Assembly (NCBI GenBank): GCA_048886685.1
Contig: JBHLKM010000033.1
Coordinates: forward strand, 1 to 17,452
Direction: 5' to 3'
Length of the DNA stretch: 17,452 bases
Source: Candidatus Hodarchaeota archaeon
Lineage (GTDB): Archaea > Asgardarchaeota > Lokiarchaeia > Sigyniarchaeales > SOKP01
Within the stretch, counting starts at the first letter, position 1; each line of letters starts with the position of its first letter. The translations under genes were made by a program, and so were the position numbers. The notes beneath the pieces are model-generated. The model saw nothing but the letters and a program-made list of their open reading frames with translations, searched no databases and was not told where the DNA came from. This document shows, piece after piece, positions 17,200 through 17,452 of the stretch.

Positions 17200-17301
17200 T
17201 GGACCTGACGGGAATTGAACCCGTGACCTCTTGAGTGCAAGTCAAGCTTAAAATTAACTCGCTAAGTGCGAGGTAATGATCTTCCACTGATCTACAGGCC
17301 C
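17200..17301 (-). tRNA. tRNA-Ala(TGC) with 30-nt intron at 25/26 (17248-17277)
   Basis: GGGCCTG/CAGGTCC with the G3:U70 identity pair and A73; D-stem GATC/GATC; CTTGA-CTTGCAC-TCAAG; ACGGG-TTCAATT-CCCGT; intron hairpin TTACCTCGC/GCGAGTTAA. Confidence 0.92.
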
Positions 17302-17374
17302 ACATTTAAAAAATAGGAGAAGAAAGTTTAATAAGAACTTTCCTATAAGAAATTCCTTTTTCAAAAATTAAAAA

Positions 17375-17452
<78 letters not shown>

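Overview
AT-rich archaeal chromosomal segment, most likely Asgard archaea (Lokiarchaeia-like). This is inferred from archaeal housekeeping genes co-occurring with a Rab-like small GTPase, a tandem Roadblock protein and a RING-like protein. Gene order: partial DUF2116-type Zn-ribbon protein, pyrH, pantoate kinase, proC, mfnB, RING-like protein, HisA/HisF-like TIM barrel, RPA, PfkB kinase, hypothetical protein, aIF1/SUI1, small GTPase, tRNA-Asn/Glu/Leu, tandem Roadblock protein, tsr3, thermosome, HerA/FtsK-like ATPase, YchF/Obg-family GTPase, small membrane ORF, tRNA-Ala and the 3' end of 16S rRNA. The most interesting observation is the aIF1/SUI1 gene (8614-8934, minus strand, missing from the ORF track). 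It is intact but has no usable in-frame ATG/GTG/TTG, and its best start is an ATT downstream of an SD-like element. This suggests non-AUG autoregulation of the start-codon fidelity factor, analogous to bacterial infC and eukaryotic eIF1. Other points: three of four tRNAs carry BHB introns at non-canonical positions (59/60, 24/25, 25/26); the 16S-tRNA-Ala unit is not followed by 23S; and the HerA-like ATPase has a hidden in-frame 3-TM N-terminal extension interrupted by a TAA at codon 4.
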